DNA of 64,000 bases from Nanobdellati archaeon (GCA_027007025.1 JALTFL010000001.1:248-64247), one strand, 5' to 3'. Positions 39,255 to 49,898 are shown, counted from the stretch's first letter. The notes: generated by a model not told the origin, from the letters alone. Translations and numbers: made by a program.

Positions 39255-39821
39255 ATGCCAAGAGGAAGACCTATAAAAACAGACATACGTGAGAGGATAG
39301 CTGCGATTCTTCAGCACATGAACATAGCTTATGGATATCAGATATTCAAAATTTACAGGGATGTTTTTGGATATATATCACTGCGCAACTTGTATTACAA
39401 TGTCAAAAAGGGAATGGAGCTTGGGGAATTTGTGGTTGTTGATGTTAAAAGAGAAAATGGATTATTCACGTGGGGGCAAAATGTTGAACATAAATATTAT
39501 ACCTTAGGCCCTTTTGCTATATTCCCTAAAAAACTGAAGGAAGGCGAAATTAAAAAACTAAATTCATTGAATCGTGAGGAAATAAAGATTGACTGGGAAG
39601 ATATAATAAAAAAGCAGATAATTAAGTTGGAAAATGAAATTAGAGAATTCAACAAGTCTAAGAGCCGATTTAGATATGAAGATAAAATAAAAATAGAACA
39701 TTCTATCAAAAGGAAGATAGTTGTCCTTAAGGATTGGTTAAAAGCCAAAGTCGGAAAGAATCAAATACTAAAAGCTAAAATAAATAATCTCAATGAATTA
39801 ATCAACACACAGACACCATAA
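39255..39821 (+). CDS. Origin-adjacent winged-helix protein with C-terminal coiled coil
   Basis: AT-hook-like MPRGRP, AYGYQIFKIY, ISLRNLYYNVKKG..LGE, PadR-like wHTH pattern. Confidence 0.7.
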   Translation: MPRGRPIKTDIRERIAAILQHMNIAYGYQIFKIYRDVFGYISLRNLYYNVKKGMELGEFVVVDVKRENGLFTWGQNVEHKYYTLGPFAIFPKKLKEGEIKKLNSLNREEIKIDWEDIIKKQIIKLENEIREFNKSKSRFRYEDKIKIEHSIKRKIVVLKDWLKAKVGKNQILKAKINNLNELINTQTP

Positions 39822-39889
39822 TTTCCTTTAGAACACTATAAAAAATAAAAATCAAATTTTAAGATAATTTCGAAAAAAAGAATATAATA

Positions 39890-40316
39890 CACCCCTTTAT
39901 TTCTTTTGGAATTAAAAATACACCCCTTTTGTTCTTTTGGAAGCAATTTTTAACCTCCCCCTCATTTCCAATGGAAATTTCCAATTTTGTATATTATATA
40001 TTATATTATATATATTATATATATATTTACTATATAGATAATAAATAAATAAATAATATTTTAACCTCTAAATTCAATTTTAAAGTTGTTTTTTCTTATA
40101 TATTACATAATATAGCTATTATAAATTATATTAACCATTATTTCGCTTGAAATTAAATTCTTTTATTCTTTTAAAGGAAATCATAGTCCCATTGTTGTGT
40201 AATACCTATTTTTTCCTTTATTCTGCATGATTTACCGAATATATTTCCATAGGAAATGATGGTATGACTGTCTTCCATCCGTGAAGAAGGCAGATAATAA
40301 TTATTTCATGTGGAAC
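39890..40316. promoter_or_regulatory. Chromosomal replication origin (oriC): ORB boxes flanking an AT-rich DUE
   Basis: Minus-strand ORBs TTCCAAAAGAAATAAAGGGGTG (39890-39911), TTCCAAAAGAACAAAAGGGGTG (39921-39942), TTTCCATTGGAAATGAGGGGG (39954-39977); TA-rich tract 39990-40028; opposite-strand ORB-like TTTCCATAGGAAATGATGG (40244); directly upstream of cdc6. Confidence 0.88.
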
Positions 40317-40367
40317 ATATCATAGAGTATACAAATAATTTTAAATAAGTTAATATTATAATTTTCT

Positions 40368-41573
40368 ATGGGGGTAGCTGTTGATAAAATCTTTGAAGAC
40401 TTTCTAAACAAACAATCTATATTTAATAATAAAGATGCGCTGACAATACAATACACACCTGATAATATCCCTCATAGAGAAGAACAAATAGCTGCATTAG
40501 CAAAGATTTTGGCGCCGGCTTTAAGGATGGAGAAACCATCAAATGTTTTTGTATATGGTAAAACAGGTTCCGGAAAATCATTATGTACAAATTATGTTTG
40601 TTCTCAATTAAATAAAATTTCAGAATCTAAAAATGTACCACTAAAAGTTGTGTATGTAAACTGTAAAATGAGAAAAGTTGCAGATACAGAATATAGGTTA
40701 ATTGCTCAACTGGCGCGTGAATTTGGGCAGAATATTCCAGCAACAGGGCTTCCAACAGATGAAGTATATAAAATATTTTTTGAGACTATAGACAAGGACA
40801 AAAAGTTGATTATTTTGATTTTAGATGAAGTTGATCAGCTTGTCAAAAAGGTAGGCGACGAAGTTTTGTATAATCTCACAAGAATTAATCAGGAACTAAA
40901 AAATGCAAAAATTAACATTATTGGGATATCAAATGATGTTTTATTTATGAATAACATTGACCCAAGAGTAAAATCTTCTCTAAATGAAGAAGAAATGGTA
41001 TTCCCACCTTATGATGCTCTTCAGTTGAAAGATATTTTATCAGAAAGGGCTAAAATTGCATTTAATAAAGGTTCAATATCAGAATCTGTAATAGCAAAGT
41101 GCGCCGCATATGCAGCTAGAGAGCACGGTGACGCAAGGCGTGCCCTTGATTTACTTAGAGTCGCAGGGGAGATAGCTGAAAGGGCGGGAAGGGATAGAGT
41201 TGAAGAAAAAGATGTTGACTTGGCAGAAGAAAAGATTGAAAAGGAAACAATTGAAGAGGTAGTTAAAAATCTACCTGTTCAATCTCAATCTGTCCTTTAT
41301 GCGGCATTTTTGATTCTGAAAAGCAGAGAACCTCCAGTTTATACAGGAGAAATATACGATGTTTACAAAAGTATTTGTGTAAGAACCGCGACAAAGCCGC
41401 TTACACAGAGGCGTGTCTCAGATTTGATATCCGAACTTGATATGCTTGGTATAATAAACGCAAAAGTTATTTCCAAGGGTAGATATGGACGAACACGAGA
41501 AATAAGCCTTAGTGTTTCAGATGAGATATTAAATAAAATAGAAGATCTTTTGAAGGTAGATCTTAAGTTGTAA
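40368..41573 (+). CDS. cdc6: Orc1/Cdc6 replication initiator
   Basis: YGKTGSGKS, ILDEVD, LDPRVKSSL-like, HGDARRALDLLR, SKGRYGRT wHTH. Confidence 0.96.
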   Translation: MGVAVDKIFEDFLNKQSIFNNKDALTIQYTPDNIPHREEQIAALAKILAPALRMEKPSNVFVYGKTGSGKSLCTNYVCSQLNKISESKNVPLKVVYVNCKMRKVADTEYRLIAQLAREFGQNIPATGLPTDEVYKIFFETIDKDKKLIILILDEVDQLVKKVGDEVLYNLTRINQELKNAKINIIGISNDVLFMNNIDPRVKSSLNEEEMVFPPYDALQLKDILSERAKIAFNKGSISESVIAKCAAYAAREHGDARRALDLLRVAGEIAERAGRDRVEEKDVDLAEEKIEKETIEEVVKNLPVQSQSVLYAAFLILKSREPPVYTGEIYDVYKSICVRTATKPLTQRRVSDLISELDMLGIINAKVISKGRYGRTREISLSVSDEILNKIEDLLKVDLKL

Positions 41574-41598
41574 TTAAAATCCCCGAGGGGTATGTAAT

Positions 41599-43068
41599 AT
41601 GGAAAATGTGGTGAACAAATTAATCGAGAAAGGATACTTAATTTCTCCAGATGTGGAAATTCTAGACAAAGATATAAATGCTTTCTTAAGTTTCCTGGAC
41701 TCTCAAAATCCTAAACCAACATTTGTGACAAAAGACACTTATGAAAAATTTAAGGGCACTTTGAAAGGGGAACTTGAAATTAATTATGTTGTAAAGAGGC
41801 ATGTTGAAAGAAGGAGCGAAGCAGATACGAGAGTTGAGCTCAAGAAGATGTACAAACAGTCAAATAAGAAAATTGACATAAATGACTGGCTTGCCTACTA
41901 CACTGACAGATTTGAGAGGATTAGCCGCCTTTTGAGAAATAGGATTGAGTTAAGGAATGTCATTTCAATTTCCAGGATATTAAAAACAACGGGCCGCCAG
42001 GAAGTCGCGACAATAGGGATGATAAAAGATATACGAAAAACATTCACAGGCGCGCATATAGTGGAAATAGAAGACCCTACAGGACAAATAAAATTAATTA
42101 TAAAAAAGGATAAAATGCTGAAAGTTGTTGATGATTTGGTTTTAGATGAAGTTATAGGTGTTGTTGGAACAAAATCAAAAGATGTGTTATATCCTTCTAA
42201 TATAATATTTCCTGATGTTCCAGACAGACCTTTGAAGAAGGCAAAAGATGATGTTTATGCTGCATTTATATCTGACACTCATGTTGGGAGTGATATGTTT
42301 CTCCCAAAAGAGTTTGGGATGTTTGCCAAATGGTTGAAGGGAAAGATGGGTTCAGAATCCCAGAGAGAAATAGCCAAGAAGATAAAATATATTTTTGTGA
42401 TAGGTGATTTGGTTGATGGGGTTGGAATTTACCCCGGACAAGAGAATGAGCTGATTATAAAAGACATTTATGACCAATACAATGAGTTCGCGAAATATTT
42501 TGCTGACATACCAGAAGATATACAGATTATTGTTGCTCCAGGGAACCACGATGCGCTAAGGCTCGCAGAGCCACAACATGTTCTATTTGAAGACATTGCA
42601 AAGCCAGTTTATCAGATAAACAACATAACTATGACATCAAATCCTGCTGTTGTTAATATTCATGGCATTGATGGTTTTCCAGGATTTGACACGTTGCTTT
42701 ATCACGGAATGTCGTTTGATAAATTAGTTTCTGATGTTCCATCTCTTAGGAAATATGGTTATGAAAGGGCAGATAAGATTATGGAATTCCTTCTCAAGAA
42801 AAGACATCTTGCGCCATCACACGGCTCGACACTGATAAATCCTATGTCAAGAGATTTTCTCGTGATTGACAGCCCAGTCGATGTTTTTGCAAGTGGGCAT
42901 ATTCATTATACAAAAGTTGGGAGATACAAAAATATAACCACTATTGGAACAGGATGCTTCCAGAAGAAAACGCCCTTCCAGGAGAAACTCGGACACAACC
43001 CAACTCCAGGGAGAGTTCCAATTTTCAGCTTGAAGAACAACCAAACAAAAGTAATGAGGTTTTTGTGA
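41599..43068 (+). CDS. polD1: DNA polymerase D small subunit DP1
   Basis: SDTHVGS, GDLVDGVGIYPGQ, PGNHD, HLAP.HG, GHIH. Confidence 0.95.
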   Translation: MENVVNKLIEKGYLISPDVEILDKDINAFLSFLDSQNPKPTFVTKDTYEKFKGTLKGELEINYVVKRHVERRSEADTRVELKKMYKQSNKKIDINDWLAYYTDRFERISRLLRNRIELRNVISISRILKTTGRQEVATIGMIKDIRKTFTGAHIVEIEDPTGQIKLIIKKDKMLKVVDDLVLDEVIGVVGTKSKDVLYPSNIIFPDVPDRPLKKAKDDVYAAFISDTHVGSDMFLPKEFGMFAKWLKGKMGSESQREIAKKIKYIFVIGDLVDGVGIYPGQENELIIKDIYDQYNEFAKYFADIPEDIQIIVAPGNHDALRLAEPQHVLFEDIAKPVYQINNITMTSNPAVVNIHGIDGFPGFDTLLYHGMSFDKLVSDVPSLRKYGYERADKIMEFLLKKRHLAPSHGSTLINPMSRDFLVIDSPVDVFASGHIHYTKVGRYKNITTIGTGCFQKKTPFQEKLGHNPTPGRVPIFSLKNNQTKVMRFL

Positions 43069-46000
43069 TGGAGATTCAGGAATATTTTGAGTCTATGGAA
43101 AAAGAGGTCAAGAAGGCGTACGAACTTGCCACAAAAGCAAGGAAAAACGGCTCCGACCCAGAGGATTATGTAGATATTCCTTTAGCAAAAAACCTTTTTG
43201 AGAGAGTGGAAGGATTGATAGGTGCTCTTTCCCCTCAGATTGTCGGCTCCGGAGTCGCAAAAAGATTAGAGGAGCTTGATAAAAAATATGGGAGCGGGGA
43301 CTGGAGAGTAGCTTTGAAAATTGCGGAAGAAGTTGCCAAGGAAAAATTTTGCAAATTCAAAGACCAAAAAGAAGCTCTTGAAGTAGGCGTAAGAGTTGGA
43401 CTTGCATACATAACTATGGGTGTCGTGTCTGCTCCGCTTGAGGGATTTATAGAATTTAAAATCAAGGACAGGAACGACGGGAAGAAATACGCGTCATGCT
43501 ACTTTGCTGGGCCAATAAGAGCTGCAGGCGGAACCGCCGCAGCAGTTACATTATTGATAGCAGATTATTTAAGGAGAGTGTTCGGCTTCGAGTCATTTGA
43601 TATAACGAAAGAAGAAATAGAAAGAACAAAGGTTGAGGTTGAAGCGTACCATAAAAGTGTTGCAAGGCTCCAATACTTTCCAGCTCCAGAAGAGCTTGAC
43701 TTTCTTTTATCTAAAATACCCATTGAGATAAATGGAGACCCCACATCAGAAAGAGAAGTTTTAATTTACAAGGACTTGCCAAGAGTTGGCACACCGAAGA
43801 TAAGAGGGGGGATGTGTCTTGTATTGTGTGAGGGGCTAGCCCAAAAAGCCCCTAAGATTTTAAAGAGAATTGAAAAGTGGGGGGAAGAGTTCGGGCTTTC
43901 TGATTGGAATTTCCTAAAAGAGTATGTTGATATAAAAACTAAAGTTCACGCCGGAAAGAAAAGCGACTCGAAAACAATTAAACCAAACGATATTTTCATC
44001 CAAGAAACTGTCGCTGGACGTCCAGTGTTTTCGTATCCTATGAGGAAAGGAGGATTTAGACTAAGATATGGGCGTTCAAGATTAAGTGGGCTTGCTGCGG
44101 CAAGTTTTAATCCAGCGACTATGCATGTTTTAGGAAATTTCATAGCGACAGGCAGTCAGTTGAGACTGGAGCGCCCCGGAAAAGCATGCGCAGCGACACC
44201 TTGTGACACTATTGATGGACCTATTGTCAAACTGTACGATGAAAGCGTTGTGAAAATAAACACAATGGATGATTTTTACAGATACAAAAACAAAATAAAA
44301 GATATACTTTTCCTCGGAGACATTTTAGTTGCATATGGAGAATTTACGAGGAATAATCATATATTAGTTCCAAGTCCTTATGTGGAAGAGTGGTGGATTC
44401 AAGAATTCAAAAACGCCAACGGAAGCGAGGATGTTTCCTCTCTCGACGCGAAGCAGCTTGCGGGACTTTCTGTAAAATATAATATCCCCCTTCACCCAAG
44501 ATTAACTCCTTTCTTCAATAATTCCACAGTTGACGGAGTAAAAATGCTTTATGATGCTGTTAAGAATGCAAAGATTGAAGATTCAAATATACTCCTCTCA
44601 CACTCGAAGGAAACAAAAAAAGTTCTCGAAGACATTTATATCCCCCACAAGCTTGTTGACAAAGGGATTTTAATTGAAGGGGAGGATGCAATAGGATTAC
44701 TCTACTCATTTGGCTACCTTCCGAAAAATGAATGGAAGGAAACCCCAAGTGAAAAATTTGAAACACCAATAGATTTCATCAACTCTCTTTCTGAAGTTGC
44801 CATTAAGGATAGAGCAGGAATTTATGTCGGCTCGCGCCTTGGAAGGCCCGAGAAGGCAAAGCTTAGAAAGATGAAAGGAAGTCCACATGGTTTGTTCCCA
44901 GTAGCATCACAGGGGGGGAGAATGAGAAGCATCAACGCCGCGATGGAAGTTAGATATGTTGAAACAAATCTTCCGGTTTTTAGATGTCCTAAATGTGGGG
45001 TGGAAAGCGTTTATCCCAAATGCCCAAAGTGCGGGGAGAGATTGAAACCTTTGAGATTTTGTGTTAAGTGTGGAAAGGAAACTGACAAAGAAACCCACTG
45101 CGGACTGCGGACTGTTTTCTACACAAAACAAAAGTTGGACATAAAAAAATACGTGAATGATGCGCTTGAAAATCTTGGGGTGTCTATGCCATCTCTTGTG
45201 AAAGGGGTGAGGGGGACTTCAAATAAGCTGAGAATTCCGGAGCCTGTTGAAAAGGCTATACTTCGCGCCCTTCATGATGTTTATGTGAACAAAGATGGCA
45301 CAATTAGATATGATGCAATTGAAACTCCAATTACTCACTTCAAGCCGAAGGAAGTCGGGACTCCAGTTGAAAAGCTGAAAGAACTCGGATACACAACAGA
45401 CATATATGGAAAACCTCTTGAAGATTCAAATCAAGTTTTAGAGTTATTCCCGCAGGATGTTATACTTCCAGACTGCGAAGACTGGACAGATGTTACCGCG
45501 CTCAAGATGGTTTACAACACCGCAGCATTTGTTGATGATGAGCTTCAAAGATATTACAAAACATCAAGTTATTACAATATATCCTCACCAAAAGACATGA
45601 TTGGCACGCTTATCATTGCCCTTGCACCACACACTTCAGCGGGAATAATAGGGAGGATAATAGGGTTCTCAAAAACACAGTGCTTTTTCGCACATCCATA
45701 CTTCCATTCCGCCGTCAGACGAAACTGCGACGGCGACGAAGTAGGGTTCATGCTTTTGATGGACGCGCTTTTAAACTTTTCAAGGCAATACCTTCCGGAC
45801 GCGAGAGGCAGCAGGCACATGGACGCGCCATTGGTACTCACAACAAGGTTAATCCCTGAAGAAGTTGATGATGAGGTTTACAACATGGATATAGTTTCAA
45901 GTTACCCCATTGAGTTTTATGAGGCAACCCAAAAGTGGGCGTCGCCATATGATGTGAAAATAAAGCAGGTAAAAGACACCCTTGGAAAGCCAGAGGAATA

Positions 46001-46481
46001 TAAAGGATTTATGTTTACCCACAACGTTTCAGATATGAACATAGGGAACCGCGTTTCGGCGTACAAGACACTTACCACAATTTCTGACAAGGTAAAGCTG
46101 CAGATGGAGCTCGCGGAAAAAATCAGGGCTGTCGATAAGTCGGACGTCGCAAGGATTGTTATCGAAAAACACTTCTTGAAAGACATAAAAGGGAATCTTA
46201 GAAAGTATACTCATCAGGAAGTCAGGTGCATAAAGTGCAACGAAAAATACAGAAGGATACCTCTTGCCGGTAAGTGCTTGAAATGCGGAGGAAAGCTCGT
46301 GCTTACGGTTTCAGAAGGAACAGTGTCGAAATATCTCGGGCCATCGCTGACTCTTGCCGAGAAATATTCCATCCCTGAATATCTGAAGCAGACTTTGGAC
46401 ATATTGAAGAGAAGAGTAGATTCTGTTTTTGGAAAGGAACCCACAAAGCAAAAAGGACTCACAGAATTTTTTGGTGGTTAA
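43068..46481 (+). CDS. polD2: DNA polymerase D large subunit DP2
   Basis: AGPIRAAGGT, GGFRLRYGR, RRNCDGD, MDAPLVL, C-terminal PIP QKGLTEFF; TGATG overlap with DP1; no intein. Confidence 0.96.
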   Translation: MEIQEYFESMEKEVKKAYELATKARKNGSDPEDYVDIPLAKNLFERVEGLIGALSPQIVGSGVAKRLEELDKKYGSGDWRVALKIAEEVAKEKFCKFKDQKEALEVGVRVGLAYITMGVVSAPLEGFIEFKIKDRNDGKKYASCYFAGPIRAAGGTAAAVTLLIADYLRRVFGFESFDITKEEIERTKVEVEAYHKSVARLQYFPAPEELDFLLSKIPIEINGDPTSEREVLIYKDLPRVGTPKIRGGMCLVLCEGLAQKAPKILKRIEKWGEEFGLSDWNFLKEYVDIKTKVHAGKKSDSKTIKPNDIFIQETVAGRPVFSYPMRKGGFRLRYGRSRLSGLAAASFNPATMHVLGNFIATGSQLRLERPGKACAATPCDTIDGPIVKLYDESVVKINTMDDFYRYKNKIKDILFLGDILVAYGEFTRNNHILVPSPYVEEWWIQEFKNANGSEDVSSLDAKQLAGLSVKYNIPLHPRLTPFFNNSTVDGVKMLYDAVKNAKIEDSNILLSHSKETKKVLEDIYIPHKLVDKGILIEGEDAIGLLYSFGYLPKNEWKETPSEKFETPIDFINSLSEVAIKDRAGIYVGSRLGRPEKAKLRKMKGSPHGLFPVASQGGRMRSINAAMEVRYVETNLPVFRCPKCGVESVYPKCPKCGERLKPLRFCVKCGKETDKETHCGLRTVFYTKQKLDIKKYVNDALENLGVSMPSLVKGVRGTSNKLRIPEPVEKAILRALHDVYVNKDGTIRYDAIETPITHFKPKEVGTPVEKLKELGYTTDIYGKPLEDSNQVLELFPQDVILPDCEDWTDVTALKMVYNTAAFVDDELQRYYKTSSYYNISSPKDMIGTLIIALAPHTSAGIIGRIIGFSKTQCFFAHPYFHSAVRRNCDGDEVGFMLLMDALLNFSRQYLPDARGSRHMDAPLVLTTRLIPEEVDDEVYNMDIVSSYPIEFYEATQKWASPYDVKIKQVKDTLGKPEEYKGFMFTHNVSDMNIGNRVSAYKTLTTISDKVKLQMELAEKIRAVDKSDVARIVIEKHFLKDIKGNLRKYTHQEVRCIKCNEKYRRIPLAGKCLKCGGKLVLTVSEGTVSKYLGPSLTLAEKYSIPEYLKQTLDILKRRVDSVFGKEPTKQKGLTEFFGG

Positions 46482-46636
46482 GAAAGTTTTACAATTTTTT
46501 CAGGAGACACTTGGAACGGCAAGCGCTACGGAACATGGCACCATCACGGCGGAAATATTGATAAACTCAAAGCTTCTGTAAATCTATTATCTTCCCTCAA
46601 CCAAAATTAATATGCCCTGGACATGATTTTCCATTA
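46482..46636 (+). pseudogene. Remnant of an MBL-fold metallo-hydrolase C-terminus
   Basis: IFSGDT...GGNIDKLKASVNLLSSL, then a stop/frameshift, then LICPGHD; no start codon. Confidence 0.55.
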
Positions 46637-47782
46637 GAAATAATAAAGTAATGTAGGAACAACAAGTGAACCCATGCAGTTCGACATGCTTGTTTTTACT
46701 TTGTTTGCCAGCACACCTATTCCGGATGCAGCCGCCAGGAATGCAATACCCAAAACACCGTCGAAGAAAAACGCAGCGGCTGTTATTGCGAGCACAACTA
46801 TTATTTTTATCCATGTGTAATTTATTCTGTTTTCAAGATTTGCGAATAATTTTCCTACATGCAGCGTCAGTATATAAGAGATAATTCCAACAGTCACCGT
46901 GGTAAGCAAGACAAGCACGAATGTTTTTATGTCAAAACTAAACTTTTGCCCTAGCATTTCAATAACACCAATCCTTGCCTTGCCCACTGTGAACAGGAGT
47001 ATTGTTGAGAATACTATGTCAAATCCGGAAATTGCTCCGATTGAAATCAAAAATTCTTCTTTCTTCTTCAGCATCCATCTTGAGAAAAGGGAAGCTTGCG
47101 CTGGACCGACCGCCGGGATGAATGTAAGGAAAAACGACGACAAGAACGCCGAGCCCAAACCCTTTGAAACATCTTTCTTATTAATTGGGATTTTATAAGA
47201 TTTGATTTGTTTTGGTAGTTTCTGTCTTATTTCAAGCAAAATTGGGAAACCAAAAAATCCAGTGAGCAGTATCATAAGGGGTTGGTTCAGCATTTTCAGC
47301 CCGAAATACCCAACCACACCAGACATTAAGAAAATAATAATTGCATAAAGAGGTTTTCTATCTTTTATTATCAAGAGTCCCATAATAATCAACAATCCGA
47401 ACGGCACATATTTCCTTATTGAATCATACAAGAAGGGAACAAACTTTATTAAAACAGGCGACAACACAACACCAGTTAACAGCGCTGACAAGATGCCAAC
47501 AGTGATTAATTTTATTGCCGCCAAAGACTTTCCCTCATGGACAAACCTGAATATGGGATGCATCGCGAGAACATTGCTTTCATCCGGGACAAAGAGAAAT
47601 GTTGAGCGGATTATCTCGAAGAATTGATAAGATACAATCATTGTGACAAAAGTCGGCAGAATCCACCAGTCGCTGAATTGAAAGAGCAGGATACTTCCAA
47701 TAAAGTTGGGATGTAGTCCCGGAATTAATCCTGTAATAAATCCGAGTGCAAGTCCAATAAGTATTGAAATTAACACATTCAT
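46634..47782 (-). CDS. TctA/DUF112 family membrane protein
   Basis: G.ITGLIPGLHPN, STFLFVPD, LLTGFFGFP, IPAVGPAQA; polytopic. Confidence 0.85.
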   Translation of the reverse strand: MNVLISILIGLALGFITGLIPGLHPNFIGSILLFQFSDWWILPTFVTMIVSYQFFEIIRSTFLFVPDESNVLAMHPIFRFVHEGKSLAAIKLITVGILSALLTGVVLSPVLIKFVPFLYDSIRKYVPFGLLIIMGLLIIKDRKPLYAIIIFLMSGVVGYFGLKMLNQPLMILLTGFFGFPILLEIRQKLPKQIKSYKIPINKKDVSKGLGSAFLSSFFLTFIPAVGPAQASLFSRWMLKKKEEFLISIGAISGFDIVFSTILLFTVGKARIGVIEMLGQKFSFDIKTFVLVLLTTVTVGIISYILTLHVGKLFANLENRINYTWIKIIVVLAITAAAFFFDGVLGIAFLAAASGIGVLANKVKTSMSNCMGSLVVPTLLYYF

Positions 47783-48333
47783 TTTAACATAGATTCATAT
47801 TTTTTCATCCAGCTTGTTTTCCCATAGGATGGCTTTTTTCTTCCATTAATTATTTTTATTATCTCATTGACAATGTCATCTATTTTTCTGTCGCTGGTGT
47901 TTATCTCATGAATTTTCCTGTGCTTGTTTTGAATTGATTCAATCAAACATGAATCAAGAATCTCTGTCTCAACATTTTCCATAACTTTCCTTTTTGGATA
48001 TTTTCTCCTTTTTAGCCTATGTTCGAGTTTTTTGGGATTGTATCTTAACACAAAACAGAAATCGACTATTTTCGGAGAAATAAACTGCGACAAATGATTG
48101 GGGACAATGTAATCTTTTCCCTTTTCAATATATTTTTTTATTGCTTTTGTTATTTTGGTTTCATCAATCACGTAAGAACGAGCGCTCCTATCATATCCTT
48201 TGACAATTTTTTCTTTTTTGGCAATTTCTTCCAAGTCAAGAACATTTGCTCCAATTCTTTTGGATAATCGCTTGGCAATTGTGGATTTTCCAACTCCAGG
48301 AGTCCCCGTGATACAGATTATCATCTTAAACAC
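47779..48333 (-). CDS. Adenylate kinase AK6/Fap7-type
   Basis: ITGTPGVGKST, hhhH motif (IVPNH), RL..R.Y...KVMENVETEILD. Confidence 0.88.
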   Translation of the reverse strand: MFKMIICITGTPGVGKSTIAKRLSKRIGANVLDLEEIAKKEKIVKGYDRSARSYVIDETKITKAIKKYIEKGKDYIVPNHLSQFISPKIVDFCFVLRYNPKKLEHRLKRRKYPKRKVMENVETEILDSCLIESIQNKHRKIHEINTSDRKIDDIVNEIIKIINGRKKPSYGKTSWMKKYESMLK

Positions 48334-49867
48334 TTATGACTTCAATTGGCATGCCAATCCTTCTTTCGAGATTTCTTACCCGCTTTCCATTGCGTCCAAG
48401 AATTCTTTTTATTTGGTTTCTGTTAGCATAGATGTATGCAACACCATCTTTGGTTCTTATTTCAACATCCATTCTCAGTTCTTTCTTCAACATTTCCTCA
48501 ATGCCTTTCTTGGGAGTCACAGGAATCACGACTGTTTCGTCTCCGTAAGAATACATTTCATACTCCACTTCTCCGGAAAAGAAGTCTCTTATCTCAACAA
48601 GCGGACGAGCAAGGTCACTTTCAGTCATCCCACTTGGAACCTTAACTGATATATTCAATGAGTACACCTTTGCGACATTCCCATTTTCTATGAAAATCAC
48701 AGTATCAATAATTGAAGGAATCATTCCTAATTCCACTCTTTTGACAAATCTTTGTATGGAATCAATCGGGGATGTTGCGTGTACTACACCTATCATACCT
48801 ACACCTGCGAGACGCAAATCCGAGTAAAGAAGGAAATCCTGGTTGTTCCTCATCTCGTCAAAGATGGTGTAATCAGGACGGCTCAAAAGAAGAACGTCGC
48901 GTATTTCATCAATGCTGCCGAGCGCCTTGCTGTATTGAGTAATCTCAGCAGGAAGTCTCAAATCCCTTGGCGCCTCGACAGTCTTGACAACTTTATTTTT
49001 CTTCATGTAAAACTCAGCGAGAGCTTCTGCGAATGTTGACTTCCCGTGCCCTGGCGCACCAGATATAAGTATGCCTGCGGCGTTGGTTTCAAATCTTTTC
49101 GTCAGCTTTTTCGGCAAGTCATAATCACTTAAACTCATTTTCTTGATTGGGCGGACTATTGTTATTTCCCATCCATCTGAGAACGGGGGTTTGGTTATAA
49201 CAATCCTGTAATCATTTATCTGGGCGATTATTGTTCGCTTGCGTTCGTTTTCTATGAATGAGCCAGGAAGATTCATTTTCCCTCTTTCAACAATTTCCTT
49301 TGAGATGTTTTGAATTTCTTCTTTTTCTATCTTTTTCTTGCCAACTTTTGTCATCTCCCAGCTTCCCGGGACACCCTTTTTGGCAATTGGTACCATTCCT
49401 TCTCTCAAATGAATTGACATTGTTTTTTCATCAAATAACTTTTCAAAGGAAAGAGGAGACGTCTCAACAATCCTTTCGGTTTCAATGAAAATAACTTTGA
49501 TACCCTGAGCTCTTGCGGCTTCGGCATCGACTTTGTCAAGAGTTACGAAGTACGCCTCTTCTTTGAGGGCGAGTTCTCTTATCATCGCATCTATTTCGCC
49601 AGCCTTCGCATATTTTATCTCGAATTCTTTCGGGCGTTCGCCAATGTAATTTAACTTTACTTTCTTGTTTTTCTTTGAAATTTCCTTTAGCTTCTTCAAT
49701 TCTTCGAGCCCTAAGAATCCTATTTCTTTTCCGTAGTTTGCCTGGGCTTCGAGCTCAGCTAGTACTGCCTTGTGAACAAGAATCGTGGCTTCTTTTATTT
49801 CCTTACCTTCAATCTTCTTGGACATCACACCATCGATTATGGCAGATGTGTCTGGAACATACTTCAT
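48326..49867 (-). CDS. PINc/VapC-fused ATPase with KH domain (PINA)
   Basis: VPDTS PIN domain, GAPGHGKSTF, LLSRPDYTIFDEMR, C-terminal KH ILGRNG. Confidence 0.92.
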   Translation of the reverse strand: MKYVPDTSAIIDGVMSKKIEGKEIKEATILVHKAVLAELEAQANYGKEIGFLGLEELKKLKEISKKNKKVKLNYIGERPKEFEIKYAKAGEIDAMIRELALKEEAYFVTLDKVDAEAARAQGIKVIFIETERIVETSPLSFEKLFDEKTMSIHLREGMVPIAKKGVPGSWEMTKVGKKKIEKEEIQNISKEIVERGKMNLPGSFIENERKRTIIAQINDYRIVITKPPFSDGWEITIVRPIKKMSLSDYDLPKKLTKRFETNAAGILISGAPGHGKSTFAEALAEFYMKKNKVVKTVEAPRDLRLPAEITQYSKALGSIDEIRDVLLLSRPDYTIFDEMRNNQDFLLYSDLRLAGVGMIGVVHATSPIDSIQRFVKRVELGMIPSIIDTVIFIENGNVAKVYSLNISVKVPSGMTESDLARPLVEIRDFFSGEVEYEMYSYGDETVVIPVTPKKGIEEMLKKELRMDVEIRTKDGVAYIYANRNQIKRILGRNGKRVRNLERRIGMPIEVISV

Positions 49868-49898
49868 GGATACTAAAAGAAAAAGTGCGTTTTTAAAA

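Noticed and set aside
39890-39942. ORB boxes as members of the hairpin repeat family (shared TTCTTTTGG)
   Set aside because: ORBs lack the hairpin and fit the TTCCA..GAAA..GGGG consensus; the similarity is short and low-complexity
39990-40028. TA-rich microsatellite as a contingency locus
   Set aside because: Its position between ORBs upstream of cdc6 identifies it as the DNA unwinding element
9773-46481. Inteins in PolB, TopA, Cdc6 or DP2
   Set aside because: Protein lengths are normal and motifs contiguous; no intein termini or LAGLIDADG blocks seen
46479-46610. Stop-codon read-through of DP2 into the in-frame downstream segment
   Set aside because: DP2 ends in a canonical PIP box with TAA; the downstream frame is better explained as a pseudogene remnant
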